From positions 28,327,821 to 28,391,820 of the forward strand of contig NC_092379.1 of the NCBI RefSeq assembly GCF_030028105.1: 64,000 nt of DNA, given 5' to 3'. The notes under the pieces were generated by a model. It was not told the DNA's origin. It searched no databases and saw nothing but the letters and a program-made list of their open reading frames with translations. This DNA is from Mobula birostris (lineage: Eukaryota). The translations under genes and the position numbers were made by a program. Shown here one piece after another: positions 50,030 to 63,074 of this stretch (the stretch's first letter is position 1; every line of letters starts with the position of its first letter).

Positions 50030-52109
50030 ATTAATAATTAGCTGACACGTACAAATTCACAAGTGCAATTGCCGTATCTACCGAGTGGCCAAATCCGCGG
50101 TTCTGACAAACCCAATTGAAAAACGGAGATAACAGAGATGAGAGCTGAAATTTCGAAGTTTAAAGCAAATATATTATCAAATTGCGCACATGCCTCACAT
50201 TTCTCCTTGAGATTCTGATGTGCAATTTGCATATTTGAGTCATCAGTGCATTGCAATGCATAATAATCAAGATGCATTGCGATAAAAAGTGTATATATAA
50301 CAAACAATAAATTAGCAGTGCAAGTGTTGATGTAAAAGTATATTCATTGAACAGGCTGCCCGTTAATTCCATGTTTGAAAAGAAAACTTAATAATAAACC
50401 GCAACAGAAGAATCTGCGCCACAAAGCTGCCCGCAACTGAAATATATTGTATTCTATATTTTGAGACCATTTTGCGTGCAACCATTCACTAGAATAAGTA
50501 TTAAGCCAGTGTATTAAGCATTGGCGGTGTACGGACTTGTGTAACTGCAATATGGTCCTGATTAACGCCATGTTCATTTGTTCTATAACTGTTTGTTCCG
50601 AAGCTGAAATGTAAGGTTTGTGGTTTACACCCTAAATATTTGTACAAAAAAGTACAAACTTCTAGCAGCCTGCCACCAAATCTGTTGGTACAATAAATTT
50701 GCTTTGTACAATACCGAAATTTACGCCGCAGGCATCAAATGCCGATGAACTGGTCAAACGCGTGAACAATTGTAGCTATGAAAAAAAATTGCTTTCGAAA
50801 CCCAACGATGACAAGCCAGGAGCCTGTTTTCGTGTAGCGGAATTTTATAGTGGGAGAAATATCCCGAAGCCGACTGAAGTTACTGCTGTGGCGATGGCCC
50901 GGAAATCGGCTACAAACTTCCAAAATAGATAGTGAGTGATGAACGAGGAGCGGCCGCAGAGTTTTGGGAAAGAATTCAGTTGCCACAAGTATCATAAAAA
51001 AGGGAGAGGTGAATCAGTCATACAGCAGCGTACTGGTTAGCACAACGATGTACTGTACCAATAGCTCGTATTCAATTAACATCGCTGCTTGAGAAGAGAT
51101 TACACTTTCTCCCCGGAAAACATGGGATTTATTTCGGGTGTTATGGTTTCCTCCAACAGCCCAAGGTCTGGCATGTTTTGATAGGCTGATTCGTTATTGT
51201 AAATTGTAAGCTAATTATGGCTAGGATTGAACCCGGGTATTGCCAGGCTTCGTGCCTCGAAGTCCACAAGGGGCAAATTTCTCACAGTATCTCAAGAAAT
51301 TTATAAGTAATCAAGCAAACAAATAAACAAATAAGTAAATAAATAAGAATCGTTATGCCCTGCAAATCATATGCTCGTTGCGAAGTCAGGATGATTTTTT
51401 TATTCTTAAACAATTTATCCAACTTTAATGGATGACAGATAAATTCAATTAAATGTCCACGCTATTTTTATTTTTGCAGAACCGATTACACTGGTTAGAA
51501 TGCATGCCGGGAGCTCCTTCAAACCTGCATGTAATCGTTAATCCTTCTCGTGTGAAAAAGTGAAACAAAAAATCACTGCAACAACATATTCGATTACACG
51601 TCCTTTATGTTGCCATATTTGAATTCATTTTGACCCAGTGTTCATAGTGAAGGTTCAGGAGCGTAAGTGTGTTCAGAAGCATAAATGGATTCCACCTTCG
51701 TTGTGCAATTCTTCCATTACACTCGCGTCTCACCAAGTCATACGCCGTAAATCCGATGACAGCAGGAAACGGCTGAGTTTATGTCGGGCTTTCTATTTCA
51801 AATTTCCTTTTTGATCCAAAATTCTATATTTCTGCACGTCTGGAATGTTGAGTGCCGATTTCATAATGTGAAGAGAGGGATGCAATGAGAACATTGCGGT
51901 TTGAAACATCATTTTGAAAAATTCAGTAATGCAGCACAAAATACCAGTTACACAATATTATTCGGAAGGAGTGTGATGCTCCATAGGTTACAAGTGTTTG
52001 AACAGTAAAGGTCGCCTGACTGGAGGTGTGAGTTGAATTAAGCTGTTGAATTAAGAAACGCCTCGGAATGCTCCTCAATAGTCTCACCGTCTAAGGGTAG
52101 TTGAGTCAT

Positions 52110-53874
52110 GTTCATCTAAATGGTTTCTTTTATATTTAACTTTGGTCGTATTAATGCAGTTAAGATGATTTTTTGCCAAAATTGTTATATATATTTCAGA
52201 CATTACCAATTTTTGTTCCAAAATCTTTTTTTTAATAAAGTTGACTCCAAAATTTCTTCATTTATTTGGCAAAATAAAAACCCGAGACTGGGTAAAATAC
52301 ATTTACAGAAAGCTAAGAGAGATGGAGGCTTAGCATTACCTAACTTTAGATTTTGTTATTGGGCAATTAATATTCGACATATGAAATTTTGGTTACTTGA
52401 CCAGGATTTACTATCCATTCCTAAATGGGTAGCATTGGAATTACAATCTGTTCAGGGCTATACACTTGGCTCTATTTTAGGTTCCTCTCTTCCTTTTGAT
52501 TTGAAACGCCTTAAACAGGTGTCTAACCCGATAGTTAAATATATCTTACGTAATTGGTTTCAATTCAGAATTTTTTTTGATCTTAACCAATTTGGGTTAG
52601 CGATTCCTATTTTAGGTAACATATTTTTTCCTCCCTCTTTTACGGATCGTGCTTTTCAAATTTGGAAGACTAAGGGTATTTCACGGTTTTTGGATTTATT
52701 TTTAGATGGTTTCCTTATCTCTTTTGAACAATTATCTAATAAATATAATTGATCAAGAATACATTTTTTTTAGATATCTACAAGTTAGAAATTTCCTAAG
52801 TACTATACTTTCTACCTTTCCAATGCTTCCTCCTACATACATTTTAGATACAATAATTAACCTTAATCCGTCAGAAAGGTGCATCGGCTATTATTTATAA
52901 TATTATTATGAAACTTAGGAAAGTTCCATTTGATAAGATTAGGTCAGTTTGGGAAAAAGAATTGGGATCTATTATTTCCGTGGATGATTGGGGGCAGATT
53001 TTACAATTAGTCAATACTTCCTCTATCTGTGCTAAACATTCCCTAATTCAATTTAAAGTTGTTCATAGAGCACATATGTCCAAAGATAAATTAGCTCGCT
53101 TTTATTCTCATATTAATCCTCTTTGTGATCGATGTCCGGCGCAGATAGCCTCTTTAACTCATATGTTTTGGTCTTGTGCTACTCTGGAAACTTTTTGGAG
53201 AGACATTTTTAATATTATCTCCAAGGTATTGAATATAGATATCCCTCCTCACCCTATTACTGCTATCTTTGGACTACCTAAAATTTCCAGTAATCTTTCT
53301 CCTTCATCCCGTAGAATGATTGCATTTCTTACTTTAATGGCGAAAAGATGTATCTTACAACATTGGAAAGAGCTTAATTCTCCAAGTACCTTATTTTGGT
53401 TTTCTCAGACGATATTATGCTTGAATTTGGAGAAAATTAGAAGCAATCTTTATGACTCCTCATTTAAATTTGAACAGACCTGGAGATCTTTTATTCAATA
53501 TTTTCATTTAATGTAATATATACCCTTCTTGTTTTTTTTTTACTGTTTTTTTATGGAGGTTGGGATTGAGGACGTGATTTTAAGTTTTTTTAACTCTGTT
53601 TGGTTTCAAGTTAGCCCATTGCTTTGCTTTGCTTTTAGTTAGTTGCACGGTGGGTTTTTTTGGGTTTTTTTTTTCCTTTTCTCTATTGATATATATATAT
53701 AAATTAGTATACTATTATGTTACCTTGGTACGTTATGTTTAAATTACATTGTTTGTACCATTTTTTTATATTAATATCTCCAGTAATTTTATTATATTCT
53801 AACAGTGTATTAGTGCCTATATGGCTTAACATTTTGTATACTTATTCAATAAAAAGATTTAAAAAGAAAGAAAG
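52110..53874 (+). mobile_element. 5'-truncated L1-clade LINE (ORF2 C-terminal half) with 57-bp target-site duplication
   Basis: FIWQNKNPRL...GGLALPNF..YWA; CDRC...LTHMFWSC zinc knuckle; AATAAA plus A-rich tail. Direct repeats 52053-52109 and 53875-53931 (one mismatch). Confidence 0.92.
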
Positions 53875-54170
53875 AAGAAACACCTCGGAATGCTCCTCAA
53901 TAGTCTCACCGTCTAAGGGTAGTTGAGTCATTTTTGCAGTGTTATCATGAGACGCAGTATCAGGCGAATTGTTTTAAATGCCATAACTTATTTATTTTTT
54001 GCCTGTTTGCTGATTTATCCTTATCTCTTTATCTATAGAACTATGTATATCTTTCTGCTATAATTTGTGTGTTTATTTTTTAATATTTATTTATTTATTT
54101 ATTTATTTATTCATTCATTCATACATTTGCTTGTTTGTTTGCTTGTTATACATATATTTACCTCCCATTC

Positions 54171-55893
54171 CATAAGACCATAAGACCATAAGACAAAGGA
54201 GCAGAAGTCGGCCATTCGGCCCACCAAGTCTGCTCGGCCATTTTATCATGAGCTGATCCATTCTCCCATTTAGTCCCGTTCCCCCGCCTTCTCACCATAA
54301 CCTTTGATGCACTGGCTACTCAGATACCTATCAATCTCTGCCTTAAATACACCCAATGACTTGGCGTTCACTGCTGCCCGTTACAACAACTTCCATAGAT
54401 TCACCACCGTCTGACTAAAAAAAAATTCTTGGCATTTCTGTTCTGAATGGGCGCCCTTCAATCCTTCAGTCATGTCCTCTCGTACTAGACACCCCCATCA
54501 TGGGAAACAATTTTTCCGCATCCACTCTGTCCATGTCTTTCAACATTCGAAATGTTTCTATGAGGTCTCCCCTCATTCGCCTAAACTCCAGGGAATGCAG
54601 TCTTAAGAGCGGACAAACGTTCCTCTTATGTTAACCCTCTCATTCCCGGAATCATTCTACTCAATCTTCTCTGTACCCTCTCCACCGACAGCACATACTT
54701 TCTTAAATAAGGAGAGAAAAAATGTCCACAGTGCTACAAGTGCGGTCTCACCAGCGTCTTATAGAGCCTCAAAATCACATCCCTGCTGCTATACCCTATT
54801 CCTCTGGAAATGAATGCCAACATTGCATTCGCCTTCTTCACTACCGACTCAGCCTGGAGGGTAACCTTAAGGGTATTTTGTACGAGGACTCCCAAGTCCC
54901 GTTGCATCTCAGAACCTTGAATTCTTTCCACATTTAAATAATAGTCTGCCCGTTTATTTCTTCTGCCAAAGTGCATAACCATACACTTTCCAACATTGTA
55001 TTTCATTTGCCAATTCTTTGTCTATTCTTCCAACCTATCCAAGTCTCTCTGCAGACTCTCCGTTTCCTCAGCACTACTGGCCCCTCCACCTATCTTCGTA
55101 TCGTCAGCAAACTTAGCCACAAAGCCATCTATTCCATAATCCAAAACTTTAATTACAATGTAAAAAGAAGTGGTCCCAACACGGAACCCTGTGGAACACC
55201 ACTGGTAACCGGCACTCAACCAGAATATGATGCCTTTATTTCCATTCTCTGTTTCCTGCCAATCAGCCAACGCTCTATCCACGCATGTAACTTTCGCGTA
55301 ATTCCATGGGCTCTTATCTTTTTAAGTAGCCTCATGTGTGGCACCTTGTCAAAGGCCTTCTGAAAATCCAAATATACAACATCCACTACAGTTCCCTTGG
55401 TCTAGCCTACTAGTAATTTCCTCAAAAAAAAAAAAGTAATAGGTTTGCTACGCAGGATTTTCCTTTAAGGAATCTATGTTGAGTTCTGCTTATATTGTCA
55501 TATGCCTCCAGGTATTCTGTAACCTCATCCTTGACAATCGACTCCAACAACTTCCCAACCACCGATGTCAAGCTAACAGGTCTATCATTTCCTTCTTGCT
55601 TCCTTGCCGCCTTCCTAAGTAGCGGAGTGACATTTGCAATCTTCCAGTCCTCCGGAACCATGCCAGAATCTATCGACTTTTGAAAGATCATTGTTAATGC
55701 CTCCGCAATCTCCACAGCTACTTCTTTCATAACACGAGAGTGCATTCCATGTGCTCCGGGAGATTTATCTACCTTTAGACTATTCAGCTTACTGAGTACT
55801 TTCTCTGTCGTAATTGTGACTGCGCACACTTCTCTTCCCTGCCACCCTTGAGTGTCCGGTATACTGCTGATGTCTTCCTCAGTGAAGACTGAT
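54171..55893 (-). mobile_element. 5'-truncated CR1 with 6-bp TSD CCATTC
   Basis: DRPVSLTSVVGKLLESIVKD; KFADDTKIGG; LYKTLVRPHL; (CATAAGAC)n tail at 54171. CCATTC at 54165-54170 and 55894-55899; empty site CCATCCGATTATGTG in the paralogue (~46223). Confidence 0.9.
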
Positions 55894-58800
55894 CCATTCG
55901 GTTATGTGTTTATTTATTTATCAGTTTAAGCTACTTATTCAGTAAGTTAGTTCATTTTTTTATTTGTTCTCTTATATTTATTTCTATATTATTTATTCAA
56001 CCAAAGAGGTAAGCTTTGAGTATAAAACTATAAAATAATGACAACTATTTATAATTCATACATGCTCCCTTTTGACGTCTAAGGAAAAAAAACTGGTTCT
56101 AATTGATAGATCAATGCTGCATCATTGCATTAACAGTATACTGAGAATTAACTTGAAGACATTGTCCAGCTGATCGATAGACTTTGCAATTTAAACGAAG
56201 GAAAAACAAAACAGCAGAGAGAGAAATGTAATTTTGGAGCATATAGATGAAAACAAAATAATTCATTCTAAATCGAGGAAACTTATTCACTTCCCCACTG
56301 AGTTGTATTCACTATGAGATGTCGTCTGTCGTTTGGGACACTATTATTTTCAGATACAAACTTTTTTTTTTCCGGTGGTTTGTTATTATAGCCAATAATA
56401 CATGAAGGACATCAGACTTGCTTTAGCTTCATCCACATATTAAACATATCTTCATGTTTCCTTGCGTTCTTGAGATGGAATGCTTTGTCAAAACAGCAAA
56501 TAAATCAGTCATCAGGCAACTGGTGTTTACTTTGTAAATTCTTTACTTCTCATTTTCCAGATCTGCCTACCTGAGAGGACATATGAAATGCATTTATTAA
56601 ATGCGCGACAAAATCGTCTATAGGCGTAATTAAAGGAGCGAAAACAACAAATACTTCCACAAAAACTTTCTCAAAATGCCTGCTAGTAATACATTAAGTG
56701 CGCTAGATAATCCTCTTTTTATGCTACAGGGCTCTTTAACCTTTTTTTTTAAGGTTGAGTGTCCGATGCACTCTGATCACTCTCTGTATATTACACTGAT
56801 TCGTAATAGATTGGAATAGTTATCACGCATATGACGAATAGCATGAATTCTTCTTTGCACTGCACAGATGTTGTCTGATGTTGTGGATGCTTGTTTCGCC
56901 TTCTCTTTCATTTTTGAAATTGAGGACATGGTATGTTGCTTTTGTCATGGATTTGCATTAAAATGGACGGCTCCACTATCTTTGATCGTATCGTATTAAT
57001 CATGACCATGCAATGCTCTTGAACGTGATCATATTTATGATGTACATACACTCTCCATATTACAGCAGCTACTCTGATGCTGTGCCCTATGTCTGCTTTC
57101 ACTGTGGTCATCTGACAGACTCCATGACAGTTACTGAGTACTTTATAGCATTCACAACTTTCATACAGGCAGCTTCAGAAGTATCGAAAGAACGTAGACA
57201 TAAAACCGCTTCATACGACCCCAGGTGATAATGCGTTGGAGTGAGTTATTAGACAATCTATTCCTATTCCCACGACAGAGACTGGGATATACAGTATTAC
57301 CTCTCTTCGCTATGTGTAACCTAAAACTAAAGTAACCTGCAACATTAAGTGTCACAATGAATATAAATTTATTATAACCAGTGGTAATTACTCTCAAATA
57401 TATCATTTTATCATCACCTTATATTACCGCACTACGTTACATGTAAAACCCAGTGGAGAAGTTCCAATAATGTTCAGAGACTCTGCTCCCTGTTTAGTGG
57501 CCCATGTGTGTTTCACACTGTTTGTAGCAGAGCCATAATGCAGAAATATACGTAGTAGTTGTGGGAAGATTCATCCAATTTCTCTCAGTTAGATCTCCAC
57601 ACGGAAATACCACGCGGAGTCAGTCAGCTGCACGGCTGCCACAGTCAGTAGCTGCTCCTTCCCAGCAACTGGACTGCATCAGTAAAACGACCATTACTGA
57701 ATTACGCCGGATGCTCATAGACTCCAAGAGTTGGTTACCACATGACAAACTCCGGTTGTCTGTCCGGATTATTTTGCGGAGACAAAATAAATATAAGGAA
57801 AACGATGCAGTGACGTTCTTTCATTTTTGTCCATGTAACCAATAACTATTGCGGTATTATTGATTCGGCATTGTTCTGTCCAGTTATATGATTAAAATGA
57901 GAAAAAAAATACTACGTTGTCTCGCAGCATCGAATCAGCAGAATGCATCATAAAGAATGGGACAGCACCTCTGTATGTTTCGCACAACATACCATGTCTG
58001 AGCTCACAGGAACAACCATTCCCCTGTATCTGTGTTATTTCTTACCATAGCATATGCACAGTATGAGATTGGTTTTAATTCAAAAAAAATATTTCAAATT
58101 TAGGTTAAAAAGTTTTTGAATCAGAGTATGATAATATCTGAGATACTGAATCACAAGGCGAGATGGATTGCATTTTCTAATTCCATGCTTTCGAGATCAT
58201 CACAGTTTGAAAGCATCGCCTGTTTAGGTATTACTCATGATCATATAATCCAGGATTGGTTTCAATAGAATGGATTTACATTTTTCCACTATGCCTATCT
58301 AAATAGGGATTTTGTTTACTTCTGATAACACGATATTTTACGATAATCCAAAATCGCTTGTATTCTTGCCGATGATGAACGACACAGACAGCAAACCAAA
58401 ACCAAGGCGTCGCATGCCTCTGTTTCCAAAATGAAGTGATGCATTTTGATCGCTTCGACTTGTGAGTCATAAATCAAACCCTACGGAAAACGTCCACTGA
58501 GATGGTCTAACATAATATACTGCAGAACAATCGCAAGAAAAAGATGTCGTTCTGTTTTTATTCGTTTATTTCAGAGTCTCTACCTCAGAAAAATAGGTTC
58601 GTGATAAAGTCATATACATTAGCCTGCAAATTCCCTGATTGATATCAACATTCTCGGAAAGCAGCTGTTGCTTATATCCTGACATATATATCTACGGATA
58701 TCCATCGATCATTTATACCCACAAGTTTGACGTCGAACAACTGGATCGTCGGGAACTTTCAGCCCTGGTTCACGAAGCAAAGGCGCTTCATCGAGAGTTT

Positions 58801-59571
58801 CGTTTGTCCGCAGTTATAAAAGACGGAAACTTTCGGGACACCCAGCTGGAGTAGAAGCTGCTGCGAAAACCGAAAAAGGAGCAGATCACGTGAGAGAATT
58901 ACTAAACTTCTGCTGACATCTGGTGGAATGTATTTTCTTTGTTCATGGCGCTGTTACTAGAAAGTCACGGCTTCCTTCTCGCCTCAACAGCTTATACACA
59001 AACGATCATACTTCCATCCGCGAAATGAAGTGTAAGTTATTCAGAGAAAAGCTACTTGCATAGGCTGCATTTGACCAGGTCAAAATATCGTGCGCCTTGC
59101 TGCTTGTTCATGTCTGCTTTTCAGATCCATTCTGGCGCCTCTACGTTCTGCCAGATATCCACAACATAGAATAGCAAAAACTGTAATTTCATCTTTTCCT
59201 GCAAAGCGGCTTCGTTACCATCCCTTTACTTCTGCTCGCACCCTCTGGTTCGATGAGAAATCGCAACTTGATGATAGTCCTCTCCACGAGAATTGCCGCC
59301 TGCCCTGCACTCGTGTTCCGATAAGTGGCGCTTCGCTGTTGATGGCAGCTCACAAAGTACTTGACTCCTATGTTATGCACTTCTGTGGTCGCCTGTGCAG
59401 AATTTCACTTCCTGCATTTCGACTGAACGCCCTTTTGTGTTGTATATTTGGAGATTTAACACCTTGCGTTACCTCTTGTGATTGGTCGGTTTGGCCAAGA
59501 TGTGTATATTTCTTCTCTTGCAATGAGTTTCCCCCTGGAGTCACGGAAATACAGACACAAGCAGAGTGAAT

Positions 59572-60047
59572 ATGGCATACTGGCTCAAGCAGGTCCTTAT
59601 TATTGTGTTTCTTCTGGGTAAGCTATTCCTTCACTGTGTTATTCCAAACCTTCCGAATTCTCTGTAACCACGTGTTTTTTCTCTCTATTTAAGTAACATG
59701 CTGTTCGAAGTAGAACTTACGATGTATTATTTATTTTACTGTTAGACCGGAGCCGTGAAGACTCAGTGGAACAGTCAGTAGTTGCAATGACGTTTGAAGA
59801 AGAAAGTAATATTACCCTAAACTGTACAGTGCAAACAAGCGATACATTCCCGACAGTCTTCTGGTACAGGCAGCGTACTGGACAGCGACCACAGTATTTA
59901 ATTCGGATTACCGCAGGGACAACATACCGAAATGAGCATGTAACCGACCGACTATTTGCTTCCTATGATAAAAGTAAAAAGTATACTGAACTATCGATTA
60001 ACAACACCATACTCTCTGACTCGGCCACATACCTCTGCGCGATGAGC
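59572..60047 (+). CDS. Conventional TCR Valpha/Vdelta gene segment, intact: leader 59572-59617, intron 59618-59745, V exon 59746-60047
   Basis: Leader MAYWLKQVLIIVFLL + GTAAGC donor; TTTTACTGTTAG acceptor. DRSREDSVEQSVVAMTFEEESNITLNCTVQTSDTFPTVFWYRQRTGQRPQYLIRI...DRLFASYDKSKKYTELSINNTILSDSATYLCAMS with no stops. Confidence 0.92.
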
Positions 60048-60085
60048 CACGGTGTTTAAATATCAGAATTATTCGAACAAAAACG
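60048..60085 (+). other. RSS (22-bp spacer) of the V at 59572
   Basis: Heptamer CACGGTG 60048-60054, 22-nt spacer, nonamer ACAAAAACG 60077-60085. Confidence 0.85.
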
Positions 60086-60379
60086 CTCTTTCACAGTTAC
60101 TTCTAGAGCTCGATAGAGGGCGTACAATTCAAGGCGAACGTAAATTCTGACTGAATCCCAAAGGGTTAATCATATGTTTCATATGATGTCATTGCTAGTT
60201 TCTCATACCAGTGATATATCCAGTTGGCATTGGTAATGGAACATTTTGCTCTAAGATAGCTGTAACTGTGAGAAAAATCACTTCCACTTAAGTGATTTTC
60301 ATGTATTACTTGATTTCACTGACTGATCACCTTTGAACGCCAGCTTTTGATTGTTCCCGACATAATGACTAATTACTTG

Positions 60380-63074
60380 ATTTCAGTGCTTTAAAAAGGA
60401 TAGAGAGGGCGGATAAAGGGGAGGAGGGGTGGCATTACTGGTCAAGGATGCTATTACAGCTACAGAAAGGGTGGGTAATGTAGCAGGATCCTCTTTTGAG
60501 TCAATATGGGTGGAAGTCAGGAACATGAAGGGAGCAGTTACTCTACTGTAGGTATTCTATAGGGCCCCTGGTAGCAGCAGAGATACAGAGGAGCAGATTG
60601 GGAGGCAGATTTTGGAAAGGTGCAAAAATAACAGGGTTGTGATCATGGGTGACGTTAACTTCCCTAATATTGATTGGCACCTGATTAGTTTCAAGGGTTT
60701 ACATGGGGCAGAGATTGTTAAGTGTGTCCAGGCTGGATTCCTGTCACAGTATGTGGACACACCGACCAGGGGGAATGCCATACTAGATGTAGTACTAGGT
60801 AATGAACCGTGTCAGGTCACAGATCTCTCAGAGGGTGAGCATCTGGGGGACAGTGACCACCGCTCCCTGGCCTTTATAATTATCATGGAAAAGGATAGAA
60901 TCAAAGAGGACAGGAAAAATTTTAATTGGGGAAAGGCAATTTCTGAGGCTATAAGGCTAGAACTTGCGGGTCTGAATTGGGATGATGTTTTTGCAGGGAA
61001 ATGTACTATGGACATGTAGTTGATATTTAGCGATCTCTTGCGGGATGTAAGGGATACATTTGTCCCGGTGAAGAAGTTAAAGAATGGTAGGGTGAAGGAA
61101 CCATGGGTGACAAGTGAGGAAGAAAATCTAGTCAGGTGGAAGAAGGCAGCATACATGAGGTTTAGGAAGCAAGGATCAGATGGGTCCATTGAGGAATATA
61201 GGGAAGCAAGAAAGGAGCTTAAGAAGGGGGCATGAGAAGGCCTTGGCGAGTAGGGTAAAGGAAAACCCCAAGGCATTCTTCAATTATGTGAAGAAAAAAA
61301 GGATGACAGGAGTGAAGGTAGGACCGTTTAGAGATCAAGGTGGGAAGATGTGCCTGGAGGCTGTGGAAGTGAGCGACGTCCTCAATGAATGCTTCTCTTC
61401 GGTATTCACCAATGAGAGGAAACTTGATGATGGTGAGGACAATATGAGTGAGGTTGATGTTCTGGAGCATGTTGATATTAAGGGAGAGGAGGTATTGGAG
61501 TTGTTAAAATACATTAGGACAGGTAAGTCCTCGGGATATGACGGAATATTCCCCAGGCTGCTCCACGAAGCGAGAGAAGAGATTGCTGAGCCTCTGGCTA
61601 GGATCGTTATGTACTCGTTGTCCACGGGAATGGTGCCGGAGGATTGGAGGGAGGCGAATATTGTTCCCTTGTTCAAAAAAGGTAGTAGGGATAGTCCGGG
61701 TAATTATAGACCAGTGAGCGTTACGTCTGTGGTGGGAAAGCTGTTGGAAAAGATTCTTAGGGATAGGATCTATAGGCATTTAGAGAATCATGGACTGGTC
61801 AGGGACAGTCAGCGTGGCTTTTTGAAGAGCAGATCGTGTCTAACAAGCCTGATAGAGTTCTTTGAGGAGGTGACCAGGGATATAGATGAGGGTAGTGCAG
61901 TGGATGTGATCTATATGGATTTTAGTAAGGCATTTGGCAAGGTTCCACACAGTAGGCTTATTCAGAAAGTTAGAAGGCATGGGATCCAGGGAAGTTTGGC
62001 CAGGTGGATTCAGAATTGGCTTGCCTGCAGAAGGCAGAGGGTGGTGGTGGAGGGAGTACATTCAGATTGGAGGATTGTGACTAGTGGTGTCCCACAAGGA
62101 TCTGTTCTGTGAACTCTACTTTTCGTGATTTTTATTAACTACCTGGATGTGGGGGTAGAAGGGTGGGTTGGCAAGTTTGCAGACGACACAATGGTTGGTG
62201 GTGTTGTAGAAAGTGTAGAGGATTGTCAAAGATTGCAGAGAGACATTGATAGAATGCAGAAGTGAACTGAAAAGTGGTAGACGGAGTTCAACCCGGAGAA
62301 GTCTGAGTTGGTACACTTTGGAAGGACAAACTCCAAGGCACAGTACAAAGTAAATAGCAGGATACTTGACAGTGTGGAGGAGCAGAGAGATCTCGGAGTA
62401 CATGTTCACAGATCTCTGAAAGTTGCCTCACAGGTGGATAGGGTAGTTAAGGAAGCTTATGGGGTGTTAGCTTTCATAAGTCGAGGGAAAGAGTTTAAGA
62501 GTCGCAATGTAATGATGCAGCTCAATAAACCTCTGGTTAGGCCACACTTGCAGTACTGTGTCCAGTTCTGGTCACCTCACTATAGGTAGGATGTGGAAGC
62601 ATTGGAAAGGGTACAGAGGAGATTTACCAGGATGCTGCCTGGTTTAGAAAGTATGCATTATGATCAGAGATTAAGGGAGCTTGGGCTTTACTCTTTGGAG
62701 AGAACGAGGATGACAGGAGACCTGATAGAGGTGTACAAGATAATAGGGGGAATAGATAGAGTGGATAGCCAGCGCCTCTTCCCCAGGGCACCACTACTCA
62801 ATACGAGAGGACATGGCTTTAAGGTAAGGGGTGGGAAGTTCAAGGGGGATATTGGAGGAAGGTTTTTTTACTCAGTGAGTGGTTGGTGCGTGCAATGCAC
62901 TTCCTGAGTCAGTGGTGGAGGCAGATACACTAGTGAAGTTTAAGAGACTACTAGACAGGTATATGGAGGAATCTAATGTGGGAGCTTATATGGGAGGCAG
63001 GGTTTGAGGGTCGGCACAACATTGTGGGCCGAAGGGCCTGTACTGTGCTGTACTATTCTATGTTCTATGTTCTA
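60380..63074 (+). mobile_element. CR1 ORF2 (endonuclease to 3' end), degraded
   Basis: VIMGDVNFPNIDW; NYRPVSVTSVVGKLLEKI; YMDFSKAFGKVPH; TSGVPQGSVL; KFADDT; (TTCTATG)n tail. Confidence 0.93.

Larger units (their letters stand above)
50730..60150 (+). repeat. Segmental duplication unit C (complete V cassette)
   Basis: 50730-56650 matches unit B. 56480-58795 matches 1-1432. ~59030-60130 matches ~10650-11700. 51760-52110 plus 53930-53980 match 16870-17250. Confidence 0.85.

Noticed and set aside
59090-59569. 159-aa ORF upstream of the intact V
   Set aside because: No recognisable domain; the paralogous region near 10700-11150 does not preserve it; likely V promoter DNA.
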